DNA of 64,000 bases, taken from Eledone cirrhosa (lineage: Eukaryota). Positions 1 through 13,702 of the stretch are shown piece after piece. The translations under genes were made by a program, and so were the position numbers. Location of the stretch: positions 35,774,001 to 35,838,000 of the forward strand of contig OZ024757.1 of assembly GCA_964016885.1 (NCBI GenBank). Reading direction: 5' to 3'. A model generated the notes under the pieces. The model had not been told where the DNA came from, ran no database searches, and saw only the letters and a program-made list of their open reading frames with translations. The stretch's first letter is position 1. Every line of letters begins with the position of its first letter.

Positions 1-3000
1 TCTACTATCGTTTCCTCTCTCTCGTTTCCTCTCTCTCTCGTTTCCTCTCTCTCTCATTTCATGTAGCTCTCACTCTCTCGTTTCATCTCGCTCTCTCACT
101 CTCATTTCATCTCGCTCTCTCTCTCTCGTTTCATCTCGCTCTCTCTGTCTCGTTTCATCTCGCTCTCTCTCTCTCTCATTTCATCTCGCTCTCTCTGTCT
201 CGTTTCATCCCGCTCTCTCTGTCTCGTTTCATCTCGCTCTCTCTCTCTCATTTCATCTCACTCTCTCTCTCTCATTTCATCTCGCTCTCTCTCTCTCGTT
301 TCATCTCGCTCTCACTCTCTCTTCCTCTTTCTCTCTTGTTTCAACACTTTAATCCCTCACTTGTTTCATCTCTCTCTAATCCCTCACTTGTTTCATCTCT
401 CTCAGAATTATTAGCCACAGGGGCAGAGATGTCCATAACGTTACATGTCAGAATTATTAGCCACAGGGGCAGAGATGTCCATAACATTACATGTCAGAAT
501 TATTAGCCACAGGGGCAGAGATGTCCATAACATTACATGACAGATTTATTAGCCACAGGGGCAGAGATGTCCATAACATTACATGGCAATTATTAGCCCC
601 AAGGGCAGATATGTCCATAACATTACATGACAATTATTAGCCCCAAGGGCAGATATGTCCATAACATTACATGACAGACTTTCATCTCGCGCTCTCTCTC
701 TCTCGTTTCATCTCGCCCTCTCTCTCTTCCTCTCTCTCGTTTCATCTCGCTCTCTCTCTCGTTTCATCTCGCGCTCTCTCTCTTCCTCTCTCTCGTTTCA
801 TCTCGCTCTCTCTCTCTCTCGTTTCATCTTTGTCTTCCTCTCTCTCGTTCCATTTCTCTCTTCCTCTCTCACTCGTTCCATCTCTCTCTCGTTTCATCTA
901 GCTCTCACTCTCTCGTTTCATCTCGCTCTCTCGTTTCATCTCTATCTCCCTCGTTTCATCTGTCTCTCTCTCTGTCGTTTCATCTCCCTCTATCTCTCTC
1001 TCGCTCTCTCGTTTTATCTCTCCCTCCCTCTCGTTTCATCTCGCTCTCTCACTCCTGTTTCATCTCGCTCTCTCTCTCCTGTTTCATCTCGCTCTCTACT
1101 CTCGTTCCATCTCTCTCTCGTTTCATCTAGCTCACACTCTCTCGTTTCATCTCGCTCTCTCTGTCTCGTTCCATCTCGCTCTTTCTGTCTCGTTTCATCT
1201 CGCTCTCTCTCTCTCATTTCATCTCGCTCACTCTCTCTCTCTCGTTTCATCTCACTCTCACTCTCTCATTTCATCTCGCTCGCTCTCTCTCTCTCGTTTC
1301 ATCACGCGCTCTCTCTCTTCCTCTCTCTCTTTTCATCTCTCTCTCTCTCTCTCTCCTTTCATCTCTGTGTTCCTCTCTCTCGTTCCATCTCTCTCTTCCT
1401 CTCTCTCGTTCCATCTCTCTCTTCCTCTCTCTCGTTTCATCTCTCTCTCTCGTTTCATCTCTATCTCCCTCGTTTCATCTGTCTCTCTCTCTGTCGTTTC
1501 ATCTCCCTCTATCTCTCTCTCGCTCTCTCGTTTCATCTCTCTCTCCCTCTCGTTTCATCTCGCTCTCTCTCTCCTGTTTCATCTCGCTCTCTCTCTCTCC
1601 TGTTTCATCTCGCTCTCTACTCTCGTTTCCTCTCTCTCGTTTCCTCTCTCTCTCGTTTCCTCTCTCTCTCATTTCATGTAGCTCTCACTCTCTCGTTTCA
1701 TCTCGCTCTCTCACTCTCATTTCATCTCGCTCTCTCTCTCTCGTTTCATCTCGCTCTCTCTGTCTCGTTTCATCTCGCTCTCTCTCTCTCTCATTTCATC
1801 TCGCTCTCTCTGTCTCGTTTCATCCCGCTCTCTCTGTCTCGTTTCATCTCGCTCTCTCTCTCTCATTTCATCTCACTCTCTCTCTCTCATTTCATCTCGC
1901 TCTCTCTCTCTCGTTTCATCTCGCTCTCACTCTCTCATTTCATCTCGCTCTCTCTCTCTCGTTTGATCTCGCTCTCACTCTCTCTTCCTCTTTCTCTCTT
2001 GTTTCAACACTTTAATCCCTCACTTGTTTCATCTCTCTCTAATCCCTCACTTGTTTCATCTCTCTCAGAATTATTAGCCACAGGGGCAGAGATGTCCATA
2101 ACGTTACATGTCAGAATTATTAGCCACAGGGGCAGAGATGTCCATAACATTACATGTCAGAATTATTAGCCACAGGGGCAGAGATGTCCATAACATTACA
2201 TGACAGATTTATTAGCCACAGGGGCAGAGATGTCCATAACATTACATGACAATTATTAGCCCCTAGGGCAGATATGTCCATAACATTACTTGACAGACTT
2301 TCATCTGGCGCTCTCTCGTTTCATCTCGCGCTCTCTCTCTTCCTCTCTCTCGTTTCATCTCACTCTCTCTCTCTCTCGTTTCATCTCGCACTCTCTCTCT
2401 TTCTCTCTCTCGTTTTATCTTGCTCTCTCTCTCGTTTCATCTCTGTCTTCCTCTCTCTCGTTCCATCTCTCTCTTCCTCTCTCTCGTTTCATCTCTCTCT
2501 CTCGTTTCATCTCTATCTCCCTCGTTTCATCTGTCTCTCTCTCTGTCGTTTCATCTCCCTCTATCTCTCTCTCGCTCTCTCGTTTCATCTCTCTCTCCCT
2601 CTCGTTTCATCTCGCTCTCTCTCTCCTGTTTCATCTCGCTCTCTCTCTCCTGTTTCATCTCGCTCTCTACTCTCGTTTCCTCTCTCTCGTATCCTCTCTC
2701 TCGTTTCCTCTCTCTCTCGTTTCCTCTCTCTCTCGTTTCCTCTAGCTCTCACTCTCTCGTTTCATCTCGCTCTCTCTCTCTCATTTCATCTCGCTCTCTC
2801 TCTCTCGTTTCATCTCGCTCTCTCTGTCTCGTTTCATTTCGCTCTCTCTCTCTCTCATTTCATCTCGCTCTCTCTGTCTCGTTTCATCCCGCTCTCTCTG
2901 TCTCCTTTAATCTCGCTCTCTCTCTCTCATTTCATCTCGCTCTCTCTCTCTCATTTCATCTCGCTCTCTCTCTCTCGTTTCATCTCGCTCTCACTCTCTC

Positions 3001-6000
3001 ATTTCATCTCGCTCTCTCTCTCGTTTGATCTCGCTCTCACTCTCTCTTCCTCTCTCTCTCTTGTTTCAACACTCTAATCCCTCACTTGTTTGATCTCTCT
3101 CTTATCCCTCACTTGTTTCATCTCTCTCAGAATTATTAGCCACAGGGGCAGAGATGTCCATAACATTACATGACGAATTTATTAGCCACAGGGGCAGAGA
3201 TGTCCATAACATTACATGACAGAATTATTAGCCACAGGGGCAGAGATGTCCATGACATTACATGACATAATTATTAGCCACAGGGGCAGAGATGTCCATA
3301 ACATTACATGACAGAATTATTAGCCACGGAGGCAGATATGTCCATAACATTACATGAAAATTATTAGCCCCAAGGGCAGATATGTCCATAACATTACATA
3401 ACAGACTTACATCTCATGCTCTCTCTCTCTCGTTTCATCTCGCGTTCTCTCTCTTCCTCTCTCTCGTTTCATCTCGCTCTCTCTCTCTCTCTCGTTTCAT
3501 CTCACGCTCTCTCTCTTCTCTCTCATTTCATCTCGCTCTCTCTCTCTCTCGTTTCAACTTTGTCTTCCTCTCTCTCGTTCCATCTCTCTCTTCCTCTCTC
3601 TCTCATTCCATCTCTCTCTCGTTTCATCTAGCTCTCACTCTCTCGTTTCATCTCGCTCTCTCTGTCTCGTTCCATCTCGCTCTCTCTCTCTCGTTTCATC
3701 TCTATCTCCCTCGTTTCATCTGTCTCTCTCTCTGTCGTTTCATCTCCCTCTATCTCTCTCTCGCTCTCTCGTTTCATCTCTGCCTCCCTCTCGTTTCATC
3801 TCGCTCTCTCACTCCTGTTTCATCTCGCTCTCTCTCTCCTGTTTAATCTCGCTCTCTACTCTCGTTCCATCTCTCTCTCGTTTCATCTAGCTCTCACTCT
3901 CTCGTTTCATCTCGCTCTCTCTGTCTCTCATTTCATCTCGATCTCTCTGTCTCGTTTCATCCCGCTCTCTCTCTCTCGTTTCATCTCACTCTCACTCTCT
4001 CATTTCATCTCGCTCTATCTCTCTCGTTTCATCTCGCGCTCTCTCTCTTCCTCTCTCTCGTTTCATCTCGCTCTCTCTCTCTCTCTCGTTTCATCACGCA
4101 TTCTCTCTCTTCCTCTCTCTCGTTTCATCTCTCTCTCTCTCTCTCTCTCTCGTTTCATCTCTGTCTTCCTCTCTCTCGTTCCATCTCTCTCTTCCTGTCT
4201 CTCGTTCCATCTCTCTCTTCCTCTCTCTCGTTTCATCTCTATCTCCCTCGTTTCATCTGTCTCTCTCTCTGTCGTTTCATCTCCCTCTATCTCTCTCTCG
4301 CTCTCTCGTTTCATCTCTCTCTCCCTCTCGTTTCATCTCGCTCTCTCTCTCCTGTTTCATCTCGCTCTCTACTCTCGTTTCCTCTCTCTCGTTTCCTCTC
4401 TCTCGTTTCCTCTCTCTCTCGTTTCCTCTCTCTCTCGTTTCATCTGGCTCTCACTCTCTCGTTTCATCTCGCTCTCACTCTCTCCTTTCATCTCGCTCTC
4501 ACTCTCTCATTTCATCTCGCTCTCTCTCTCGTTTGATCTCGCTCTCACTCTCTCTTCCTCTCTCTCTCTTGTTTCAACACTCTAATCCCTCACTTGTTTC
4601 ATCTCTCTCTTATCCCTCACTTGTTTCATCTCTCTCAGAATTATTAGCCACAGGGGCAGAGATGTCCATAACATTACATGTCAGAATTATTAGCCACAGG
4701 GGCAGAGATGTCCATAACATTACATGACAGATTTATTAGCCACAGGGGCAGAGATGTCCATAACATTACATGACGAATTTATTAGCCACAGGGGCAGAGA
4801 TGTCCATAATATTACATTACAAAATTATTAGCCACAGGGGCAGAGATGGCCATAACATTACATGACAGAATTATTAGCCACAGGCGCAGAGATGTCCATA
4901 ACATTACATGACAATTATTAGCCCCTAGGGCAGATATGTCCATAACATTACTTGACAGACTTTCATCTGGCGCTCTCTCGTTTCATCTCGCGCTCTCTCT
5001 CTTCCTCTCTCTCGTTTCATCTCACTCTCTCTCTCTCTCGTTTCATCTCGCACTCTCTCTCTTCCTCTCTCTCGTTTTATCTTGCTCTCTCTCTCTCTCG
5101 TTTCATCTCTGTCTTCCTCTCTCTCGTTCCATCTCTCTCTTCCTCTCTCTCGTTTCATCTCTCTCTCTCGTTTCATCTCTATCTCCCTCGTTTCATCTGT
5201 CTCTCTCTCTGTCGTTTCATCTCCCTCTATCTCTCTCTCGCTCTCTCGTTTCATCTCTCTCTCCCTCTCGTTTCATCTCGCTCTCTCTCTCCTGTTTCAT
5301 CTCGCTCTCTCTCTCCTGTTTCATCTCGCTCTCTACTCTCGTTTCCTCTCTCTCGTATCCTCTCTCTCGTTTCCTCTCTCTCTCGTTTCCTCTCTCTCTC
5401 GTTTCCTCTAGCTCTCACTCTCTCGTTTCATCTCGCTCTCTCTCTCTCATTTCATCTCGCTCTCTCTCTCTCGTTTCATCTCGCTCTCTCTGTCTCGTTT
5501 CATTTCGCTCTCTCTCTCTCTCATTTCATCTCGCTCTCTCTGTCTCGTTTCATCCCGCTCTCTCTGTCTCCTTTCATCTCGCTCTCTCTCTCTCATTTCA
5601 TCTCGCTCACTCTCTCTCGTTTCATCTCGCTCTCACTCTCTCATTTCATCTCGCTCTCTCTCTCGTTTGATCTCGCTCTCACTCTCTCTTCCTCTCTCTC
5701 TCTTGTTTCAACACTCTAATCCCTCACTTGTTTCATCTCTCTCTTATCCCTCACTTGTTTCATCTCTCTCAGAATTATTAGCCACAGGGGCAGAGATGTC
5801 CATAACATTACATGTCAGAATTATTAGCCACAGGGGCAGAGATGTCCATAACATTACATGACAGATTTATTAGCCACAGGGGCAGAGATGTCCATAACAT
5901 TACATGACAGAATTATTAGCCACAGGGGCAGAGATGTCCATAACATTACATGACATAATTATTAGCCACAGGGGCAGAGATGTCCATAACATTACATGAC

Positions 6001-7124
6001 AGAATTATTAGCCACAGGGGCAGATATGTCCATAACATTACATGACAATTATTAGCCCCAAGGGCAGATATGTCCATAACATTACATGACAGACTTACAT
6101 CTCACGCTCTCTCTCTCTCGTTTCATCTCGCGTTCTCTCTCTTCCCCTCTCTCGTTTCATCTCGCTCTCTCTCTCTCTCTCGTTTCATCTCACGCTCTCT
6201 CTCTTCTTCTCTCTCGTTTCATCTCGCTCTCTCTCTCTCTCGTTTCAACTTTGTCTTCCTCTCTCTCGTTCCATCTCTCTCTTCCTCTCTCTCTCGTTCC
6301 ATCTCTCTCTCGTTTCATCTAGCTCTCACTCTCTCGTTTCATCTCGCTCTCTCTGTCTCGTTCCATCTCGCTCTCTCTCTCTCGTTTCATCTCTATCTCC
6401 CTCGTTTCATCTGTCTCTCTCTCTGTCGTTTCATCTCCCTCTATCTCTCTCTCGCTCTCTCATTTCATCTCTGCCTCCCTCTCGTTTCATCTCGCTCTCT
6501 CACTCCTGTTTCATCTCGCTCTCTCTCTCCTGTTTAATCTCGCTCTCTACTCTCGTTCCATCTCTCTCTCGTTTCATCTAGCTCTCACTCTCTCGTTTCA
6601 TCTCGCTCTCTCTGTCTCTCATTTCATCTCGATCTCTCTGTCTCGTTTCATCCCGCTCTCTCTCTCTCGTTTCATCTCACTCTCACTCTCTCATTTCATC
6701 TCGCTCTCTCTCTCTCGTTTCATCTCGCGCTCTCTCTCTTCCTCTCTCTCGTTTCATCTCGCTCTCTCTCTCTCTCTCTCGTTTCATCACGCGTTCTCTC
6801 TCTTCCTCTCTCTCGTTTCATCTCTCTCTCTCGTTTCATCTCTATCTCCCTCGTTTCATCTGTCTCTCTCTCTGTCGTTTCATCTCCCTCTATCTCTCTC
6901 TCGCTCTCTCGTTTCATCTCTCTCTCCCTCTCGTTTCAACTCGCTCTCTCTCTCCTGTTTCATCTCGCTCTCTCTCTCTCCTGTTTCATCTCGCTCTCTA
7001 CTCTCGTTTCCTCTCTCTCGTTTCCTCTCTCTCTCGTTTCCTCTCTCTCTCATTTCATTTAGCTCTCACTCTCTCGTTTCATCTCGCTCTCTCTCTCTCA
7101 TTTCATCTCGCTCTCTCTCGTTTC
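1..7124 (+). repeat. Composite satellite block 1: CT-rich blocks alternating with 46-bp monomer arrays
   Basis: Arrays of AGAATTATTAGCCACAGGGGCAGAGATGTCCATAACATTACATGAC at 404-675, 2067-2294, 3129-3402, 4637-4956 and 5771-6090, separated by 0.8-1.4 kb of (CT)n-CGTTTCAT-CTCG sequence. Ends abruptly inside a CT block at 7124. Confidence 0.97.
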
Positions 7125-7211
7125 CATAGAAAAGGTAAAGAAAAGAAGAATGCTCTATGTATTGTACAGAGCTATTTAATTACATAATAAACAACAGAAT
7201 ATAATTATTCC

Positions 7212-7975
7212 ATGCAAATAGACTTAGAATGGAAAACATTCAGACAGAGAAGAATGGATAATGAGCGTCGTAAGAGAAATTGGCCAACAATTAATATTAA
7301 TGGAAATGTAGAAGAATTTCATATTAGTGATATGAATGTTTCGTGTGATCACTGTGGAGCTTTGAAATTTAGAAATGAAAATTGTAACTGTTGTAATAAA
7401 GGAAAGGTTGTGTTGCCACCATTGCAAATATACCCTGAGAGACTGAGAAATCTCTTTGAAAGAGGCCAGGAAGCAGTTGATTTCACAGAAACATCTGCAA
7501 TTAAAACTACATTTATTTCACTTCATTTGGTGTTACCACCCGGCAGAGGCCCGTATAGCTTTCATATTCAGAGTCAAACATATCACTACACCCCCATCTC
7601 TGTAATCTGCAGAAAATACACCACAATATGGCCAGTTATATATTATTGATGGGAACGAAGGTATGTAGCACAGATTGGAAGTACAACCAAATAATTGTTT
7701 CTGGCACAAGGCCAGCAATTACTGGTACTTTATTCTATCGACCTCATAAGGATGAAAACAAAGTCAACCTTGGAGGGATTTGAACCCAGAACGTAAATGG
7801 CCATAACCCTATGCTGTAAAGCATGGTGTCTGGCGCTCTACCGATACTGCCAATCCACTGCCCTAGTACCAACAAATAATGACTGCTCACCACAAAAAAT
7901 GGCTATGATAAGAGAAGTGTTGCATGAATGTAATCCATATGTCGAAGTGTACAATACAATGCATGGCATCACAAA
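7212..7975 (+). mobile_element. Helitron Rep N-terminal relic (pseudogenised)
   Basis: Translation gives CDHCGALKFRNENCNCCNKGKVVLPPL..YPERL, PPGRGPYSFHIQSQTYH, GQLYIID (shifted frame) and, after a SINE, IREVLHECNPYVEVY. This is the motif order of the Zn-finger/helitron-like N-terminal region of Helitron RepHel proteins. Has frameshifts and a stop. Confidence 0.85.
7696..7864 (-). mobile_element. tRNA-derived SINE (family A) inserted in the Helitron relic
   Basis: Reverse complement matches 44096-44277. Flanked by 16-bp direct repeats (7680-7695 and 7865-7880, 14/16 identical). Confidence 0.85.
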
Positions 7976-8534
7976 TGAATATATATATATATATATATAT
8001 ATACTACTAAAGAGTATGTAAAATTTTTAAATAAATACTTAAATTCAATTTGTATAATTACACATACAATATGTTTTGTTGTAAAACCCTAAATAATGAT
8101 TTAAGAAATGATGTCAATCTCTTTGTACAGAGAAAAACAATTTATATATATGCATTGTGTGCGCGTGTATACTCCATTTAAGACAGTGAAAAACCTAGTA
8201 CCTCCTTCAAAGAATGCCAAATAGTTTATGCCTAAGGTGTAACACTAATTAAGTTACCGGTGTAGATATTTCAGTTGAACCCTGCTTCAAACATGCATAT
8301 TATTATTATATATTTTCAAACACACTTACATACATTATATTTATACACATAGAAATAATAAGTTAAAACTAAAGTATAATGATATAACAACAGTATATAA
8401 TAGTTTTCTTCACTTTATTGAGATGCAATCGTTTTAAAGAAAAAACATGACAGTATAAGAAATATTTAATATGAGAACATAATATTTCAGGTAGGATGGT
8501 GGTTTCTCTATGATGGTGGTTTCTCTTTGAACTA

Positions 8535-8703
8535 ATAATTGTTTCTATTTTAGGCACAAGGTCAGTAATTAACCAGTACATTACTGGTACTTTATTTTAT
8601 CGACCCCGTAAGGATGAAAGGCAAAGTTGACCTCGGATCGTAAAGGGACGTAACTATGCTGGAAAGCATGGCGTCAGACCCTCTACCGATACTGCCAATT
8701 CAC
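8535..8703 (-). mobile_element. SINE family A copy (B-box region deleted)
   Basis: Reverse complement aligns to 44096-44277: TGGCAGTATCGGTAGAGGGTC head, CTTTGCCTTTCATCCTTACGGGGTCGATAAAATAAAGTACCAGT core, CCTTGTGCCTAAA.TAGAAACAATT tail. Confidence 0.85.
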
Positions 8704-8907
8704 CATACAGTATAATTATACAAATATGCATATAGATAGCAATATATATACACTAATATGTATGTACATATTTACACATATGTACATATATATAGGGAGA
8801 GAGAGAGACACATGTATGTATATATATATACACATGCGTGTATGTATGTGTTTTTATGTACATTCTTCTGTATATATATATGAGTCACGGTTTATTACAC
8901 ATTGGAG

Positions 8908-9096
8908 ACACAGAGAGAGAGAGTTGAAACGAGAGGTGAGAGAGAGAGTTGAAACGAGGAGAGAGTTTATACAAGAGGGTGAGGGGAGAGAGGAAGAGAG
9001 AGAGAGAGAGGAAGAGAGAGAGAGGGAGAGAAGGGGATGAAACAAGAGGGTGAGGGATGAAACAACAGAGAGAGGGGAGAGAAAGAGAGAGGGGAT

Positions 9097-9147
<51 letters not shown>

Positions 9148-12100
9148 ATTGAAACAAGAGAGAGATGAAACAAGTGAGGGATTAGAGAGAGATGAAACAA
9201 GTGAGGGATTAGAGTGTTGAAACAAGAGAGAGAGAGCGAGATGAAATGAGAGAAAGAGAGTGAGATGAAATGAGAGAGTGAGAGCGAGATGAAACGAGAC
9301 AGGGAGAGCGAGATGAAATGAGAGAGTGAGAGCGAGATGAAACGAGAGAGTGAGAGCGAGATGAAACGAGAGAGAGAGAGAGCGAGATGACACGAGACAG
9401 AGAGAGCGAGATGAAATGAGAGAGAGAGAGAACGAGATGAAATGAGAGAGAGAGAGAGCGAGATGAAATGAGACATAGAGAGATGAAATGAGAGAGAGAT
9501 GAAACGAGAAAGAGAGGAAACGAGAGAGTGGAAACAAGAGTAGAGAGCGAGATGAAACAGGAGTGAGAGAGCGAGATGAAACAGGAGAGTGAGAGTGAGA
9601 TGAAACGAGAGGGAGAGAGAGATGAAACGAGAGAGCGAGAGAGAGATAGAGGGAAATGAAACGACAGAGAGAGAGACAGATGAAACGAGGGAGATAGAGA
9701 TGAAACGAGAGAGAGAGATGAAACGAGAGAGAGGAAGAGAGAGATAGAACGAGAGAGATGAAACGAGAGAGAGGAAGACAGAGGTGAAACAAGAGAGAGA
9801 GAGAGCGAGATGAAACGAGAGAGAGAGCGAGATGAAACGAGAGAGAGGAAGAGAGAGAGCGCGAGATGAAACTCTGTCATGGACATATCTGCCCCTGGGG
9901 CTAATAATTGTCATGTAATGTTATGGACATCTCTGCCCCTGTGGCTAATAATTCTGTCATGTAATGTTATGGACAACTCTGCTCCTGTGGCTAATAATTC
10001 TGTCATGTAATGTTATGGACATCTCTGCCCCTGTGGCTAATAATTCTGACATGTAATGTTATGGAATCTCTGCCTCTGTGGCTAATAAATCTGTCATGTA
10101 ATGTTACGGACATCTCTGCCCCTGTGGCTAATAAATCTGTCATGTAATGTTATGGACATCTCTGCCCCTGTGGCTAATAATTCTGACATGTAATGTTATG
10201 GACATCTCTGCCCCTGTGGCTAATAATTCTGAGAGAGATGAAACAAGTGAGGGATTAGAGAGAGATGAAACAAGTGAGAGATTAGAGTGTTGAAACAAGA
10301 GAGTGAGAGCGAAATCAAACGAGAGAGAGCGAGATGAAATGAGAGAGTGAGAGCGAGATGAAACGAGAGAGAGAGAGAGAGCGAGATGAAATGAGAGAGA
10401 GAGAGCGAGATGAAATGAGAGAGAGAGAGCGAGATGAAACGAGACAGAGAGAGCGGGATGAAACAAGACAGAGAGAGCGAGAGCGAGATGAAACGAGACA
10501 GAGAGAGTGAGATGAAACGAGAGAGAGAGAGCGATATGAAATGAGAGAGAGAGAGCGAGATGAAATGAGAGAGAGAGAGCGAGATGAAACGAGAGAGTGA
10601 GAGCGAGATGGAACGAGACAGAGAGAGCGAGATGAAACGAGAGTATGAGAGCTAGATGAAACGAGAGAGAGAGGTAACGAGAGAGACGAAACGAGAGAGA
10701 GGAAACGAGAGTAGAGAGCGAGATGAAACAGGAGAGAGAGAGCGAGATGAAACAGGAGAGAGAGAGCGAGATGAAACGAGAGGGAGAGAGAGATGAAACG
10801 AGAGAGCGAGAGAGAGATCGAGGGAGATGAAACGACAGAGAGAGAGACAGATGAAACGAGGGAGATAGAGATGAAACGAGAGAGAGAGATGAAACGAGAG
10901 AGAGGAAGAGAGAGATGGAACGAGAGAGAGGAAGTCAGAGATGAAACGAGAGAGAGAGAGAGAGCAAGATGAAACGAGAGAGAGGAAGAGAGAGATGGAA
11001 CGAGAGAGATGGAACGAGAGAGAGGAAGACAGAGATGAAACGAGAGAGAGAGAGATCGAGATGAAACGAGAGAGAGGAAGAGAGAGAGCGCAAGATGAAA
11101 CGAGAGAGAGAGAGCGAGATGAAACGAGAGAGAGGAAGAGAGAGAGCGCAAGATGAAACGAGAGAGAGGAAGAGAGAGAGCGCGAGATGAAACGAGAGAG
11201 AGAGAGCGAGATGAAATGAGAGAGTGAGAGTGAGATGAAACGAGAGAGAGAGAGAGAGCGAGATGAAATGAGAGAGAGAGAGCGAGATGAAATGAGAGAG
11301 AGAGAGCGAGATGAAACGAGACAGAGAGAGCGGGATGAAACGAGACAGAGAGATCGAGATGAAATGAGAGAGAGAGAGCAAGATGAAATGAGAGAGAGGG
11401 AGCGAGATGAAACGAGAGAGTGAGATCGAGATGGAACGAGTCAGTGAGAGCGAGATGAAACGAGAGAGTGAGAGCTAGATGAAACGAGAGAGAGGAAACG
11501 AGAGAGAGGAAACGAGAGTAGAGAGCAAGATGAAACAGGAGAGAGAGAGAGCGAGATGAAACCGGAGAGAGAGAGCGAGATGAAACGAGAGGGAGGGAGA
11601 GATGAAACGAGAGAGCGAGAGAGAGATAGAGGGAGATGAAACGAGAGAGTGACAGCTAGATGAAACGAGAGAGAGAGGAATAGAGAGATGGAACGAGAGA
11701 GAGGAAGACAGATATGAAACGAGAGAGAGAGAGAGCGAGATGAAACGAGAGAGAGGAAGAGAGAGAGCGCGAGATGAAATGAGAGAGAGAGAGAGCGAGA
11801 TGAAACGAGAGAGAGGAAGAGAGAGAGCGCGAGATGAAAGTCTGTCATGTAATGTTATGGACATATCTGCCCTTGGGGCTAATAATTGTCATTTAATGTT
11901 ATGGACATATCTGCCCTTGGGGCTAATAATTGTCATGTAATGTTATGGATATCTCTGCCCCTGTGGCTAATAATTCTGTCATGTAATGTTATGGACATCT
12001 CTGCCCCTGTGGCTAATAATTCTGTCATGTAATGTTATGGACATCTCTGCCCCTGTGGCTAATAATTCTGTCATGTAATGTTATGGACATCTCTGCCCCT

Positions 12101-13660
12101 GTGGCTAATAATTCTGACATGTAATGTTATGGACATCTGTGCCCCTGTGGCTAATAAATCTGTCATGTAATGTTATGGACATCTCTGCCCCTGTGGCTAA
12201 TAATTCTGACATGTAATGTTATGGACATCTCTGCCCCTGTGGCTAATAATTCTGAGAGAGATGAAACAAGTGAGGGATTAGAGAGAGATGAAACAAGTGA
12301 GGGATTAGAGTGTTGAAACAAGAGAGAGGAAGAGAGAGTGAGAGCGAGATCAAACGAGAGAGAGAGAGAGAGATGAAATGAGAGAGAGAGAACGAGATGA
12401 AACAAGACAGAGAGAGCGGGATGAAACGAGACAGAGAGAGCGAGAGCGAGATGAAACGAGACAGAGAGAGTGAGGTGAAACGAGAGAGAGAGAGCGAGAT
12501 GAAATGAGAGAGAGACAGCGAGATGAAACGAGAGAGTGAGAGCGAGATGGAACGAGAGAGAGAGAGCGAGATGAAATGAGAGAGAGAGAGCGAGATGAAA
12601 TGAGAGAGAGAGAGCGAGATGAAACGAGACAGAGAGAGCGGGATGAAACGAGACAGAGAGAGCGAGAGCGAGATGAAACGAGACAGAGAGAGCGAGATGA
12701 AACGAGAGAGAGAGAGCGGGATGAAATGAGAGAGAGAGAGCGAGATGAAATGAGAGAGAGAGAGCGCGATGAAACGAGAGAGTGAGAGCGAAATGGAACG
12801 AGACAGAGAGAGCAAGATGAAACGAGAGTGGGAGAGCTAGATGAAACGAGAGAGAGAGGAAACGAGAGAGACGAAACGAGAGAGAGGAAACGAGAGTAGA
12901 GAGCGAGATGAAACAGGAGAGAGAGAGCGAGATGAAACAGGAGAGAGATAGCGAGATGAAACGAGAGGGAGAGAGAGATTAAACGAGAGAGCGAGAGAGA
13001 GATAGAGGGAGATGAAACGACAGAGAGAGAGACAGATGAAACGAGGGAGATAGAGATGAAACGAGAGAGAGGAAGAGAGAGATGGAACGAGAGAGAGGAA
13101 GACAGAGATGAAACGAGAGAGAGAGAGAGCAAGATGAAACGAGAGAGAGAGATTAAACGAGAGAGAGGAAGAGAGAGATGGAACGAGAGAGAGGAAGAGA
13201 GAGATGGAACGAGAGAGAGGAAGACAGAGATGAAACGAGAGAGAGAGAGATCGAGATGAAATGAGAGAGAGGAAGAGAGAGAGCGCAAGATGAAACGAGA
13301 GAGAGAGAGAGAGAGCGAGATGAAACGAGAGAGAGGAAGAGAGAGAGCGCAAGATGAAACGAGAGAGAGGAAGAGAGAGAGCGCGAGATGAAACGTGAGA
13401 GAGAGAGCGAGATGAAATGAGAGAGTGAGAGTGAGATGAAACGAGAGAGAGAGAGAGAGCGTGATGAAATGAGAGAGAGAGAGCGAGATGAAATGAGAGA
13501 AAGAGAGTGACATGAAATGAGAGAGTGAGAGCGAGATGAAACGAGACAGGGAGAGCGAGATGAAATGAGAGAGTGAGAGCGAGATGAAACGAGAGAGTGA
13601 GAGCGAGATGAAACGAGAGAGAGAGAGAGCGAGATGACACGAGACAGAGAGAGCGAGATG

Positions 13661-13702
<42 letters not shown>

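Noticed and set aside
414-426. GCCACAGGGGCAG in the monomer as a CTCF or AP-2 site
   Set aside because: It is two bases short of the CTCF core spacing. The AP-2-like SCCNNNGGS match is too degenerate to support without binding data.
404-675. Hammerhead or strong hairpin within the 46-bp monomer
   Set aside because: No CTGANGA on either strand of the consensus, and only a weak TGTC-CAT/ATG-ACA dyad.
2010-2066. Cap motif CTAATCCCTCAC as a telomeric repeat
   Set aside because: The reverse complement GTGAGGGATTAG is not TTAGGG and is not tandem at a 6-bp period.
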